Part shown: in pieces, positions 15,744 to 26,013 of the stretch
Layout of the letters: the number at the start of each line of letters is the position of its first letter
Numbering within the stretch: the stretch's first letter is position 1
Virus record (IMG/VR): IMGVR_UViG_3300033183_000158
Coordinates: 1-63,577 of that record
Length of the DNA stretch: 63,577 bases
Source of the DNA: a virus
Taxonomy: Duplodnaviria; Caudoviricetes
Direction: 5' to 3' (one strand)
Notes under the pieces: model-generated
Databases searched by the model: none
What the model saw: only the letters and a program-made list of their open reading frames with translations
What the model was told of the DNA's origin: nothing
Position numbers and translations under genes: made by a program

Positions 15744-16713
15744 CAGTTAAGGTTAAGATAAATTGTGTTGGATCTTGAATGTCTTCCATGTCATCTACCC
15801 AGTTACCACTGGTAGTATGAAAATCAATACGACTTATAAGACTGTCAATCTCTTCCTCGCCCTTAGCAATGTAATTGTCTGAGGGGTCTATCTTAAATAC
15901 TCTACACAAATGCGGTTCTGTAGTCATCACCGCTACAATGTAACAAGCTTCACATGTATACTCAGGACCTAGTAACGACTGCAGCGCTCTAATATAGAAT
16001 GCTAACTGTCTGTAGGTTCTGTAGTATTCAAATGCAGAATTGTACTTTGAAATGTGTTTGGAAGTAGTCTTAAGATCTACAAGAGTAAACGTCTTCGCCT
16101 CACGGTTAACGCCAAATCTATCAATCTTACTGCGACACTTAACGGTACGATCAGTACCTGGTACAGGCATCTCAAAGTATACTTCCTTCTCTGCTACCCA
16201 CTCGTAGTGCTCATTGCTTTTAGAGTCAAGCAAATCACGAGCTATACGATTACGGTTAAGAGAGGTTGTACATTGATACAAAGTGTTGAGTGTACTATGA
16301 TCTACAAGTTGCTTACCATCGTTAGATAGTATAGCATGATAGTACTCTTCACCACTTGCAATAACCTTTGATACGACTGTATCATCCTTCCACTTTCCGC
16401 CATACTCTGCATTACCTGCTGCAGTTAGTATCTCTTCTCTGAGGTAGGATAGATCTTCTCCGTTACTATTAGCGATTACTTCATCGATTATAGTACGGAT
16501 TGTGTCGGACGGCATATCAATAGACAAAGCATTGAACTGTTCTGGTTCAAGTTTGTATTGATGAATCAGAGTACCGAGCTCGAGTGCTCTACTCTGAATG
16601 TCTTCTAGTTCACCATTAAGGTACTTGTAGTACTTCTGTGCCGATCCTTCTTGCTCTGGATTAATTAAAGACAATGAGCTGTTGCTGATGTCTTTGCTCT
16701 TGTAATACTCCAT
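15733..16713 (-). CDS. PD-(D/E)XK exonuclease (RecE/ExoVIII, DUF3799-like)
   Basis: ISNSSL, LGTLIH, EKEVY, CRSKID, VDLKTT, YRQLAFY motifs. Confidence 0.85.
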   Translation of the reverse strand: MEYYKSKDISNSSLSLINPEQEGSAQKYYKYLNGELEDIQSRALELGTLIHQYKLEPEQFNALSIDMPSDTIRTIIDEVIANSNGEDLSYLREEILTAAGNAEYGGKWKDDTVVSKVIASGEEYYHAILSNDGKQLVDHSTLNTLYQCTTSLNRNRIARDLLDSKSNEHYEWVAEKEVYFEMPVPGTDRTVKCRSKIDRFGVNREAKTFTLVDLKTTSKHISKYNSAFEYYRTYRQLAFYIRALQSLLGPEYTCEACYIVAVMTTEPHLCRVFKIDPSDNYIAKGEEEIDSLISRIDFHTTSGNWVDDMEDIQDPTQFILTLTDDQ

Positions 16714-16997
16714 TAAAATTCTAATAATTTTCTACGTCGCTCGTACTTACGAATAAGTTGAGCGCAACATTGCACTTTAAGATCCCACTTAGGTGTGTCA
16801 CCTTTGGTAGATTCTATGCTAGTGTTTACAATATCCCATCTAAGGGTATTGATATAACTATCAACGAATCTTTTGTGGGCTCTCTTCCTTCTTGCTGTTC
16901 GAATTAAATCTGAGATTGTCATCTGGGATTTCTTTTTTGAGGATTTCTTCACGCCAATCGTCCCAGTAGATAAAGGTTTGTTTTTCCATCTATGCAA
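16713..16997 (-). CDS. Basic hypothetical protein
   Basis: ORF in the operon; the true start may be the internal MTISD. Confidence 0.5.
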   Translation of the reverse strand: MHRWKNKPLSTGTIGVKKSSKKKSQMTISDLIRTARRKRAHKRFVDSYINTLRWDIVNTSIESTKGDTPKWDLKVQCCAQLIRKYERRRKLLEF

Positions 16998-17001
16998 TAT
17001 A

Positions 17002-17235
17002 CTATATAGTATAGCATATATCCAATGTTAACTCTAAGGTATGTCCGTCTTCAAACTCTACATTACGACCTGTTAAAGTCGAATGTGCTTGAGTACGAGC
17101 TCTTACCAATGCTCTTTCTACTGTGTCTTCTTTGTGTGTAGTTACCGTTACATCGCCCTGATGATATCCGATATACTCAGGATGCTTAAGCTTGTAGTTA
17201 AACACCCAAATCTTAGTAATCTTCTCCATCACCAC
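17002..17235 (-). CDS. Hypothetical protein
   Basis: ORF in the operon. Confidence 0.55.
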   Translation of the reverse strand: MVMEKITKIWVFNYKLKHPEYIGYHQGDVTVTTHKEDTVERALVRARTQAHSTLTGRNVEFEDGHTLELTLDICYTI

Positions 17236-17339
17236 GTCGATATGTAGGCAATCAATGTAAGCCTCAGTCTAAGTCTTAGTCTCCTTAGTAAAGGAAGCTT
17301 CTTAAACTCTGCTGTTTGATAGAAATCTTCTAATTCCAT
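17229..17339 (-). CDS. Small hypothetical protein (36 aa)
   Basis: MELEDFYQTAEFKKLPLLRRLRLRLRLTLIAYISTW; fills the gap and its stop overlaps the next start. Confidence 0.45.
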   Translation of the reverse strand: MELEDFYQTAEFKKLPLLRRLRLRLRLTLIAYISTW

Positions 17340-17354
17340 AATTCACTTTTGTTA

Positions 17355-17382
17355 TATAGGGGATCCCGAAGGACCCCCTATA
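17355..17382 (-). terminator. 12-bp UUCG hairpin after rIIB (terminator or stabiliser)
   Basis: TATAGGGGGTCC-TTCG-GGATCCCCTATA on the - strand; no clear U-tract. Confidence 0.55.
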
Positions 17383-17395
17383 ACCACCAACCAAA

Positions 17396-18715
17396 TTAAC
17401 CAACTAACACTAGTCGATCCTTAATTAAACTCTTACGCTCGATAAGTTCTTCGTGCGTAATATCCATGCTTGTGATGTTGTCTAAGCCTTCATACTCTTC
17501 CAAGAGTTTGTTAAGCTTAGCCTCCTCAATAGCTGTATAGTCTTCTTCGAAGTAACGAGTATCAACCTCACGGATGCTACCGTCATCGTTCAACTTACAA
17601 ATAGCATAAGGCAAGTACTCACAAGTACGCATCTTCTCGAAATCATAGTCGTAAGGTACGGCTACAACATTCATGGGAGACACTAGACAAGCTAAGATAT
17701 AATTTGTTTTGGAATTACCACCAAAGCCTGCAACATATCCTGGAGCACCCACATGCAAACCTGAAGAACAAGTATTGTTTGGGTCGTTATCACACTCTTC
17801 ACGAGGCATAGTAACGGCTTCACCCAACATAATAGTAGACTTGCGAGTATGCCAGTCTGTAAATGTAGGAGTATCGAAGTCCATGCCTTTAATGATGGAT
17901 GTATACAAATCAGACAACAATCCTTCGTACACAATATCAACATCTAATGTAGATGTGTAGTATGTATCAAGAGTTTCGTTGTACTCCCACTCTTCTGGAA
18001 TACCACCATTATTTATAGCAGCAATTACATCTTTCATGCGTACTTCTTCAAGATCTCTCTCAGATCCCTCTTCAACTGCAGTAATAAAATCATCTGCAGT
18101 TTCATAGGTACAACCTTCGCCGATCTCAGTAAATACAATCTCATCATCAATGCTGTATACATGGATGTTATCTGTATTCTGACCAGAAGCTTTCTTGTAG
18201 ATGTACTCACTAGCAATAGCAAGAGCTAGATCTTTCTTGCTCTCGCCTTTCCAAGCCACAGACTTGTAGGCAATAAAGTAACCTTTGTCTGTAATAGGGA
18301 ATGAGAAACGCTCAGCAAACTGGAACAAGCTTTGACGTACATGCTTGTCTGGGTTTAGCATAAGCAACTTCCAGAAGTTCACTAAAGGTTCAGTAGATAG
18401 ACCAAGGTCTACATACTCTTTAATCTTTAGCATCAACCCTGTAGGGATTGGTTCAGAGTAATTTCCGAGATAGAAATTACCGTCGTTATCACGTGTAAGA
18501 CCTGCAATGTCTTTCATGCGATAGTTAGGATCTGTCATATCCAAAAGCTCATCATAAGCTTCTGCATCGTTTGCTAATGCTTGGCTGCGCAACTGCGCAA
18601 CCTTAGCAAATAGATCTTTTGATTCGTCTTCGTCGGCACAAACGAATTGTTTAGTAGCACCGTCGATGTTAAGCGTAACGTTTAGTCCGCTACGCAAGGC
18701 AAAAATTCTAGCCAT
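17396..18715 (-). CDS. rIIB: rIIB-like protein
   Basis: LVNFWKLLMLNP, ITDKGYFIAYK, MPREECDNDPNNTCSSGLH, VVAVPYDY-KMRTCEY; adjacent to rIIA. Confidence 0.85.
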   Translation of the reverse strand: MARIFALRSGLNVTLNIDGATKQFVCADEDESKDLFAKVAQLRSQALANDAEAYDELLDMTDPNYRMKDIAGLTRDNDGNFYLGNYSEPIPTGLMLKIKEYVDLGLSTEPLVNFWKLLMLNPDKHVRQSLFQFAERFSFPITDKGYFIAYKSVAWKGESKKDLALAIASEYIYKKASGQNTDNIHVYSIDDEIVFTEIGEGCTYETADDFITAVEEGSERDLEEVRMKDVIAAINNGGIPEEWEYNETLDTYYTSTLDVDIVYEGLLSDLYTSIIKGMDFDTPTFTDWHTRKSTIMLGEAVTMPREECDNDPNNTCSSGLHVGAPGYVAGFGGNSKTNYILACLVSPMNVVAVPYDYDFEKMRTCEYLPYAICKLNDDGSIREVDTRYFEEDYTAIEEAKLNKLLEEYEGLDNITSMDITHEELIERKSLIKDRLVLVG

Positions 18716-20909
18716 AACACTTGAGTTTAGAATTAAAGTTAATTAAGTTAATGTAATGTTCGATCGCTTTGAATGCATCAGAATCTTCTTCCCATGTTCT
18801 GCTTACAAATTCATGCATAGGATGGGCATTCTTCCATTCAGTTAGATACTCGTTAAGGTTTGATATGCTTACTTGTCCCTCATTTGGTATTGTAATATAC
18901 TCATTATCAGGATTATATGCAAATTTAAATACCTTTTCAAAGCGTTTGGTTACAAACTCTGGTATTGCTCTACGCTTATTAGCTATAGTATCAAAGACAG
19001 GGTTGTTTGTAGCCAGCATCCAAGGCATATCCATAATCATATTGTAATTATAGATGCGCGATATCTGACTGTAGAATCTCGGAACAAACTGCTCTACATC
19101 TACAGCATTATGATGTCCTTTAAAGTATTTCTTACGCTGTTCGGATATCATAATAAACTTGACATTGCGAAACACTCTAGAGTAATAAGTCTCACGGTCA
19201 AGCTGTCTTGGATGAGCTCCGTAATACATCAGTTCAAATGCATGCATAAGCTTCTCACGTTGCTTGCTATTACCGTATACAATCATCTTATTATACTTCA
19301 GGATGTCTGATACTTTATTTTGTTTTTGTTCAAACAAAGTATCATCATCAAGATTTATATAAATACGCTTGTATGGAATCACTTCTACGCTACGCACAAC
19401 AGATCCACGCTTACGAGATTGCTTGTAAGACTCTATCCAATCTTCAGGAATAACTAGATCGTCGTAGCTTTCTGTCTCCTTAACTACTTCTTTGATCATA
19501 TGCTTAAAGTAGATATCTGCTTGACCATAGTTAGGAGTACCCAAGCCTTTGACTTTGTAAAAGTTTGCAATAGAAGCCCTGTAATCAGGATCTAGTTTTA
19601 CTGCTACAAACTTTCCGTAGGTTTCTTGGATGTAGGCGTCCTTCATAGCGCTCATACGATCTCTAACGCGGAATATCTTAGCGCCTTTTAGATGTCTCTC
19701 GGGGCTATGATATCTGTCTGTAGTGTCGTACAAAAGTCTACACAAGGGCAAACCTTTAAGAATTCTAGGAGACGCTTTGTCTGTAAATCCTAAAGACTTG
19801 TGCACTGTAATAAAGAACAAAGGGTTGCTTGGCATACTATCTAGATTTTCTAGAGGTTCATACACTGCTTCAGCACGCTCAAAGAAGTAACTAGAAATTA
19901 GTATACATTCATCGTTTACACGAAGCTTACTACTGTTCTCACGAGTGATGTCGTAGTAAGTCTTCAAATCTGAAGTCCTGTTGTTCTTTTCAGCCAATGC
20001 TTTCGCTTCTTGCTTAAAGTCTTCAACCTTTTGTTTGATAGCCTTACGAGTCTTAGTGTTGTACTCTACAGACTCACGGTTCATAGTCACACTAATCTCA
20101 CCTACATCAAAGTACAAAGCAAAGTTACCAGACTGCTGATGGTAGTACACATCTTCAAGTCCAGCGGCTCTCCAGTCTAACGGATAACCTACCTTGCCAA
20201 CACACAATTGAATTCTGTCATTGGCTGTACCGTTTGTAGTATGAATCCAGTGCTTGCCTTTAAAGATCTTGTAGTCGTTATTGATATCTTCACCTGGTAT
20301 CTTGTAGGTGATGTTATCAAAGTAACGCAACTGATCTTTGACAGCGTTCAGGAAGTAACGATAGTCGTTGTCGTTAGCAATAGGAATAATTACCTGCGTA
20401 CCGTTAATCTTATCAGTCGTTGATGTAGACATCAAACTAATAATAGGTACCTGCTCGCCTTTATGAATAACGTAGTTGTATTCTGTAGAATCTACACGAG
20501 TTACAACATTAAAGCTATCTGCGTAGGCAAGAGGAGACTTAGCACCGATGCCAAAACCGCCGATCTGATCGTTGGTATCACGCTTTGTAGATGCAAAGTA
20601 TTTAGAGTAAATATTCTTAATGCGTTCTGGAGACAAGCCAGGACCAAAGTCTTCGAAGATAATTTTACCTTCATCAAACCCAGGCTGGACCATTCTTACT
20701 TGCACATCAAGCTGTTGATCTACTTCTTCATGCGCGTCAAAGCAATTAGAAGTAATTTCTCGCACAATACTACCAAACTTATCGGAGTACAATGCGTCTG
20801 AGAATCCCTTGAACAGGACTCCCAATGATTCTGTGTCTATGGAGAATTCGGTATCTTGCACATCTCCAAGCACTTCCACTTCGTTCTGAGAAAACTGATT
20901 TAGTTTCAT
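18708..20909 (-). CDS. rIIA: rIIA-like protein (N-terminal GHKL ATPase)
   Basis: LYSDK-IVREITSNCFDAH, DFGPGLS, STKR-TNDQIGGFGIGAKSP, NRESVEY. Confidence 0.88.
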   Translation of the reverse strand: MKLNQFSQNEVEVLGDVQDTEFSIDTESLGVLFKGFSDALYSDKFGSIVREITSNCFDAHEEVDQQLDVQVRMVQPGFDEGKIIFEDFGPGLSPERIKNIYSKYFASTKRDTNDQIGGFGIGAKSPLAYADSFNVVTRVDSTEYNYVIHKGEQVPIISLMSTSTTDKINGTQVIIPIANDNDYRYFLNAVKDQLRYFDNITYKIPGEDINNDYKIFKGKHWIHTTNGTANDRIQLCVGKVGYPLDWRAAGLEDVYYHQQSGNFALYFDVGEISVTMNRESVEYNTKTRKAIKQKVEDFKQEAKALAEKNNRTSDLKTYYDITRENSSKLRVNDECILISSYFFERAEAVYEPLENLDSMPSNPLFFITVHKSLGFTDKASPRILKGLPLCRLLYDTTDRYHSPERHLKGAKIFRVRDRMSAMKDAYIQETYGKFVAVKLDPDYRASIANFYKVKGLGTPNYGQADIYFKHMIKEVVKETESYDDLVIPEDWIESYKQSRKRGSVVRSVEVIPYKRIYINLDDDTLFEQKQNKVSDILKYNKMIVYGNSKQREKLMHAFELMYYGAHPRQLDRETYYSRVFRNVKFIMISEQRKKYFKGHHNAVDVEQFVPRFYSQISRIYNYNMIMDMPWMLATNNPVFDTIANKRRAIPEFVTKRFEKVFKFAYNPDNEYITIPNEGQVSISNLNEYLTEWKNAHPMHEFVSRTWEEDSDAFKAIEHYINLINFNSKLKCYG

Positions 20910-21385
20910 TGATTATAACTTAATTGAGGTTCTGCACTAGGTATTTCGAGATCTAAATGGGTTGAACACCACGTTATTATAGTCTCGACATATCTAGCAA
21001 ATTCATCTGTAGATAACTCGGCAGTAGATACTGAGGTTGAACCTAGTACTTCTCCCGTATCAGGGTTGACAATGTCCTTACGACTGAAGTTTTCCTTCAG
21101 GTATAGATGGACATCTTCACGAGTAAGTGTAGCAGGAAGCTCACCTTCTCGTAGATCTTCTCGTACATAGCCGAGTTCATTTAAACGTTCGCGAATAAGA
21201 TAGACAATCACGCCCCAGTAATACCTGTTTTGTGGGTTGCTTCTTTTATTCAGCTTAGTAAGAGTGACTTGTACGTCTTTGCCTTCGTATTTAGGCAGCT
21301 CGTCTTGGAAATAGACGGCATCTATTGGAATGATCTTACCATTCCGAACTGTTGCTGTGAAGTTCATTATACAATGGATTATCAA
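20906..21385 (-). CDS. NinB/Orf-like recombination mediator
   Basis: KRSNPQNRYYW and STAELSTDEFARYVETI motifs. Confidence 0.7.
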   Translation of the reverse strand: MIIHCIMNFTATVRNGKIIPIDAVYFQDELPKYEGKDVQVTLTKLNKRSNPQNRYYWGVIVYLIRERLNELGYVREDLREGELPATLTREDVHLYLKENFSRKDIVNPDTGEVLGSTSVSTAELSTDEFARYVETIITWCSTHLDLEIPSAEPQLSYNQ

Positions 21386-21953
21386 CGATCACATCACGCT
21401 CATCCTTGTATATTTGAAACACTAGTTTACGATCTTCCTCATCTTCAACAGGATAGAATTCAGGTGCAGCTGCTGCCGTGACATACATCACGTTATCTTC
21501 TGCAAGCACGCCTTCATCTACAAGCACATCTTGCATGCACTTATTGTATATCCAGAGGTTATCGAGGTCCCAGTTACCAGCGCCAACTACATCATGTAGT
21601 TGTAGTTTGATCTGTACTGGGTACTCTTCAATCGATTCGATGCCTTTTACAAACGGTTTTAGAAAAGATTTGATCTCGTTCACAACCTTACTACGGATGT
21701 GAGGTGAGTCTGTTCCTTTATAGAAATCCTGACCGTTAATCTTCTTTAAGCGGGGTGTACCGACGACACGGGGATTTGCAATAACAGGATTGCCAAGTTT
21801 GTCTACAAGAATGCCTTTGTTGTTAAAAGGCAGTCCTTGATACTTCTTGGGTATCTTACTCTTTTTCGTATAGTATTTAGCTCGTCTCTTCTTTGAGAGC
21901 ACTACGTGTTTAATATACTTTGGAACTGTAATGGATCTAATTAAATGGTTCAT
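21336..21953 (-). CDS. RusA-like Holliday junction resolvase
   Basis: WDLDNL-KCMQDVL-GVLAEDN pattern. Confidence 0.72.
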   Translation of the reverse strand: MNHLIRSITVPKYIKHVVLSKKRRAKYYTKKSKIPKKYQGLPFNNKGILVDKLGNPVIANPRVVGTPRLKKINGQDFYKGTDSPHIRSKVVNEIKSFLKPFVKGIESIEEYPVQIKLQLHDVVGAGNWDLDNLWIYNKCMQDVLVDEGVLAEDNVMYVTAAAAPEFYPVEDEEDRKLVFQIYKDERDVIVDNPLYNELHSNSSEW

Positions 21954-22095
21954 ACTTAAACTCTTTGCTGCAAGTAGCGCACAAATTGTCTCATCTTCAT
22001 TTGTTTCGCTGCTCTAATAGCACGAAACTTATCTCGAGAGAAGATCTTTAGGATCTTCTTCTGTATTGATTGCACTGTTGCAAGTTTTAAATCTT

Positions 22096-23085
22096 TCATT
22101 TGGAAGCTTTTTTAAATGATTCTACTAACATAATTGCATAGTCCTTTCCATGCTTACGCACGAAGTCAGACCAATCTTTTGCACCATAGTCTATAGTACC
22201 AAACCTACCATTGGTTAGGAAGATTGGTTCTATATTATAGCGTCGGCTTATCTCTGATGCCATCTTTATACCTGCATAGTCAAAGTCATAGAAGGTATAC
22301 ACCTTCTTAAACTTATCTTTTAGCATGTCAATGATGTCTTCATCTGGATACGCCGATTCACTCTGTGGTGCAACAGCAGGAATGCCAAATTCATATAGAC
22401 ACATAACGTCCTTCATGCTCTTGGTTAGAACTACGAAGTCACCAGTATCATTTAACTGTTGCTGACCTTGCATTACATTGGTGTTACACATAAACCGCAT
22501 CTTATTACGGGTAGGATAGTATATCTTATACACGCCTTCATCAAACCTATATGCATAGGCAGGATCATCTTTTGTGTACCTGTATACCATCTTGCCGTTA
22601 AGCCATACGGCTTCACATGCATAGACACCAAAGTGTTGTAATGTTGTTTTCGAAATACCGAAGGACGACCAATAGTCTTTGTCTAAACCATTGAACGGTC
22701 GTATTCTAATATGTATTTCTGTGTTACGCTTCTGCGATTCACGTATCATATCGTAGTTGTATTCTACTCTTTCGACACGAGACTCGCCATCGCGTAACTT
22801 AAAGTCCTTTGCAATAATTTCTAAGGCTTCATTGAAGTTACATCCATAGATGTACTCAACAACATTGAAAGCGTTACCTGCAAAATGCCCAGAGAAATCT
22901 CTGAAGTACAGATCGCCACTTGGAGCATACCGGAACCCACATGTTGGGTTGTTATCTCGACGTAAGGGGCTGCAAATCTTTCTGTTAAATGTGATAGGAA
23001 CTCCGAGGTAGTGTTCCATGATTTGCTCTTGAGTCAAATGATTCAAGATATACTCCTTAGTCAAGGGTTCTTGTAGCTCGTACAT
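22096..23085 (-). CDS. DNA primase (DnaG-like, crAss type)
   Basis: CSPLRRDNNPTC, FRDF, TKSMKDVM, TOPRIM YDFDYAG, AKDWSD. Confidence 0.9.
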   Translation of the reverse strand: MYELQEPLTKEYILNHLTQEQIMEHYLGVPITFNRKICSPLRRDNNPTCGFRYAPSGDLYFRDFSGHFAGNAFNVVEYIYGCNFNEALEIIAKDFKLRDGESRVERVEYNYDMIRESQKRNTEIHIRIRPFNGLDKDYWSSFGISKTTLQHFGVYACEAVWLNGKMVYRYTKDDPAYAYRFDEGVYKIYYPTRNKMRFMCNTNVMQGQQQLNDTGDFVVLTKSMKDVMCLYEFGIPAVAPQSESAYPDEDIIDMLKDKFKKVYTFYDFDYAGIKMASEISRRYNIEPIFLTNGRFGTIDYGAKDWSDFVRKHGKDYAIMLVESFKKASK

Positions 23086-23089
23086 AACA

Positions 23090-23123
23090 ATAAAATTAGA
23101 GGGGGAGAGCCGTAACTCTCCCC
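23090..23123 (-). terminator. Hairpin after the SSB-like gene
   Basis: GGGGAGAGT-TACG-GCTCTCCCC followed by a T-rich tail on the - strand. Confidence 0.6.
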
Positions 23124-23130
23124 ACTCAGG

Positions 23131-23760
23131 TTACCAATCTGGTTCCTCGTTGGTGCTCACCGAAGATGTTTCGGTAGCTTCCCAATCGGTAGAACTTTCG
23201 TCCGTAGGGGTCATGCGTTCTACACGCTCCCACTTAGGATCGATAGCGAGTTTGTTAGGCTCATTCATGGGCTGAATGAATGGCTTAATAGCACGCATCG
23301 GGAACGTCAAGTAGTCCTTCTTATTCAGAATGACCTTGATACGGATTAGTTTATCGATGTGGTTATTACCAAGGGCTGATATCAATGCCTGGCTAAACGC
23401 AGCAAAGCTATCCGTCTTACCAACGGATTTGATAAGCACCTCACGAGGAACAAATGTTGTTAGAATGTGGAAGATGCGCTCTGATTGCGCAACGTAGCGT
23501 CCTTTAAGATGTTCTTCTACATCTTTGCCCCATTGACGGGCATTACTGCGCTCACGTTCTTCATCGATTGCCCACTCAACATGACTAAATTTTGCACCTC
23601 CTGCGTCTTCAAAGTTGAAGCGCAATACAAGGTCACCTGTACCGTCAGATTTTGCAGGTTCGTAAACCACATTCACTAGTTTAACATTCTCATTAATACC
23701 AGGAGCCATGATGTTTGCCCCTGAACTTTGGCTAGTACTTTCGTCGAAACCGTAACTCAT
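23131..23760 (-). CDS. Putative single-stranded DNA-binding protein
   Basis: Lies between the Sak4-like ATPase and primase; acidic tail ending EEPDW. Confidence 0.55.
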   Translation of the reverse strand: MSYGFDESTSQSSGANIMAPGINENVKLVNVVYEPAKSDGTGDLVLRFNFEDAGGAKFSHVEWAIDEERERSNARQWGKDVEEHLKGRYVAQSERIFHILTTFVPREVLIKSVGKTDSFAAFSQALISALGNNHIDKLIRIKVILNKKDYLTFPMRAIKPFIQPMNEPNKLAIDPKWERVERMTPTDESSTDWEATETSSVSTNEEPDW

Positions 23761-23790
23761 ATTCTTTTTTGCTTAGAATCGTAAAGATAG

Positions 23791-24453
23791 TTAATCAATA
23801 TAAATTTTATCCCATGTGAAATCGATAACATTACCACGTAAATGTTCACAACGTGATCCTGCCTCGATTTCTGATGAAGCTTCAAAGGTAACCTTTAAGT
23901 TGCCTTCTTCATCACGGTAAACAAAACCAATCGCATCACTGTCTGCCATAACTAAGTTCTTTAGTTTACCAGAAAGATCTAACGATGAGGTGTTTACCTC
24001 GACACTGTCAGAACCAATCAAGGTTTTCTTACGGTGTCCTATCAAAATTACCTGCGGCGCAAGTAGTTTTAATCTGTTGATAAGAGTGATAACTCTATCT
24101 CTTACTTGGGCATAACCGCCACCGTAAGGGATATCACCAATCTGTTTTACTTTGTTCTCTGCACAGATGGCATGTTCTATCCAGAACACGACATTGTCTA
24201 GAGTATCCAAAGCAATGTACTCATACTTGTGATCACTGTCACGGACAGCTTTCATCACATTCATGAGTTCGTTTAAACTGTTGACCTGAACCTTCATAGC
24301 ACTAACAAAGTCAGTACCTTTCTCAGTGTCGAGGATCAAGCAGTTGTCTAACTCAGCAAGAGTCGTTGTCTTGCCGACCTTGCTCTGACCAAACAGGGTC
24401 AAGAGTTTAGGACTGCGTCTTGCAGGAGCAGAACGCGAGGTAGGTAGTTCCAT
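23791..24453 (-). CDS. AAA_24/Sak4-like ATPase
   Basis: GQSKVGKTT Walker A, LDTEKG, IALDTLD, GGGY, ILIGH. Confidence 0.85.
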   Translation of the reverse strand: MELPTSRSAPARRSPKLLTLFGQSKVGKTTTLAELDNCLILDTEKGTDFVSAMKVQVNSLNELMNVMKAVRDSDHKYEYIALDTLDNVVFWIEHAICAENKVKQIGDIPYGGGYAQVRDRVITLINRLKLLAPQVILIGHRKKTLIGSDSVEVNTSSLDLSGKLKNLVMADSDAIGFVYRDEEGNLKVTFEASSEIEAGSRCEHLRGNVIDFTWDKIYID

Positions 24454-24473
24454 ACACTATTAATTACTAATTA

Positions 24474-25472
24474 CTATTCGTTTTCGGAATACCCGTAACC
24501 CAGGGCAGGGGGTCTTTCGTAATCCCACTCATCAAACTTACCGTTGACAAGGTTATTCTTCAAGAGTGTTAACCCTTGCTCGCCTTTACGGTTCTTCAAC
24601 ACGTGCAAGGCAACAAGATTGTTTGTAGGAATATCCTTCTTACCGTAGTACTCAAGGTGTAAGAGAGAAGGCTGATGTATTACCATCGCAACATCTACCG
24701 CATGGTATATCTGTTTAGAACCATGGATGTCTGTCTTTGTAGGATAATGCAACGAAGGATTAGTAGGATCTAATCGCTTCTCGCTTTCTATCTTATCGTT
24801 GAGCTGACCTAGTAAGATGTTCATGGTATTGAATTCTTTACGAATCTCAATGAACAGTTTACCAAGACCTGCAAGCGTTTGTATCTCGTTCTCACCTACC
24901 TCTGGTTGTACCAGAAGTGTGTGGTCTAGAGTTACAATAAGCTCATCATCAGGAAACTTTGCTTTGAAGTCTTTGATTGTCTGATAAATCTTATACCTGG
25001 TAGTAGGTTGTTCTACAAAATAAATAGGTTGCTGACGCATACTTTCTATCTTGCTTTGGAAGAACTCATACTGCTGAGGTGTAAGTTTATCATACGCACT
25101 AAGCAAGTTTGCATACGATATGTCGGTCATTGCTGAGGCACGACGAAGGATTTCGTCTGCTGCACTCATCTCAAAACCGAAGTGTAAGATCTTGAATGAC
25201 TTGTTAAAGTTCACATTCAAGTTAGGATCTAAGAAGTCTTGAAGCAACATGTTCAGGAAGTAAGACTTACCATGACCGGATGCACCTGCTAACAAATAGT
25301 TGTTACCAAAGCGCATACCGCCAAGCATTAGTCTGTTGTAGCCTGACCACCGCGTCTTTAAAGCCATGTTTAAATCGCTCATACCATCTTGTACAAGTTG
25401 ATTGGCTTCTTTCAAAACACGATCGAGTGGTTTTATGACTACTCTAGAAAATGGTTTCGCCTGGGAGTTCAC
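24474..25472 (-). CDS. dnaB: DnaB-like replicative helicase
   Basis: AGASGHGKS, FEMS, LDH, GQLN, KNRKG motifs. Confidence 0.9.
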   Translation of the reverse strand: MNSQAKPFSRVVIKPLDRVLKEANQLVQDGMSDLNMALKTRWSGYNRLMLGGMRFGNNYLLAGASGHGKSYFLNMLLQDFLDPNLNVNFNKSFKILHFGFEMSAADEILRRASAMTDISYANLLSAYDKLTPQQYEFFQSKIESMRQQPIYFVEQPTTRYKIYQTIKDFKAKFPDDELIVTLDHTLLVQPEVGENEIQTLAGLGKLFIEIRKEFNTMNILLGQLNDKIESEKRLDPTNPSLHYPTKTDIHGSKQIYHAVDVAMVIHQPSLLHLEYYGKKDIPTNNLVALHVLKNRKGEQGLTLLKNNLVNGKFDEWDYERPPALGYGYSENE

Positions 25473-26013
25473 GGTTTCCTGCTTCTTTACGTTGATTTAT
25501 TTCTTCTTCTATCGCTTCCCACTGTTTAGAGTCAAACCATTTGCGGATGCCCATATTGACTAGTTTGTTTTTTACAGCGTACTGGAGGCAATTCATAATA
25601 AGTTTATGCTTGTCTACACGCATTGCTATCTCTTTGTTGTAGTCTTCAAAGAACTTGTCTTTGTCTGTGTTACGGGCGGCAAATCGTTTGCCATCAATGT
25701 ACAACATTCTAGGATAAGTATCCCAGAATTCTTTCGGTGCTATCTCTTCATCCTCAAAGTACAAGCCTGTAATAAACTTGTCTGTGCTGATGAAGGAGTC
25801 CAGATAGTAGTCGTCATCTCCATTTAAGTTGATGACCAAGCCTTTCTCAACAAGGTCATCGATGTCTTCAGGTGTGAAACCAGCGCCTTCAGTCACAAAC
25901 TTATACAAGGGGGCATAATCTTTCTTATGCACTATTGTAAGGAATAGTAACTGGTTAGCATTGATCTCAAACTTGACGAGCAAGTCGATAAACTTCTTAA
26001 CGTTGTCAATCAT
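25444..26013 (-). CDS. Replication-associated protein (possible initiator or helicase loader)
   Basis: EFWDTYP motif; directly upstream of dnaB. Confidence 0.55.
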   Translation of the reverse strand: MIDNVKKFIDLLVKFEINANQLLFLTIVHKKDYAPLYKFVTEGAGFTPEDIDDLVEKGLVINLNGDDDYYLDSFISTDKFITGLYFEDEEIAPKEFWDTYPRMLYIDGKRFAARNTDKDKFFEDYNKEIAMRVDKHKLIMNCLQYAVKNKLVNMGIRKWFDSKQWEAIEEEINQRKEAGNRELPGETIF

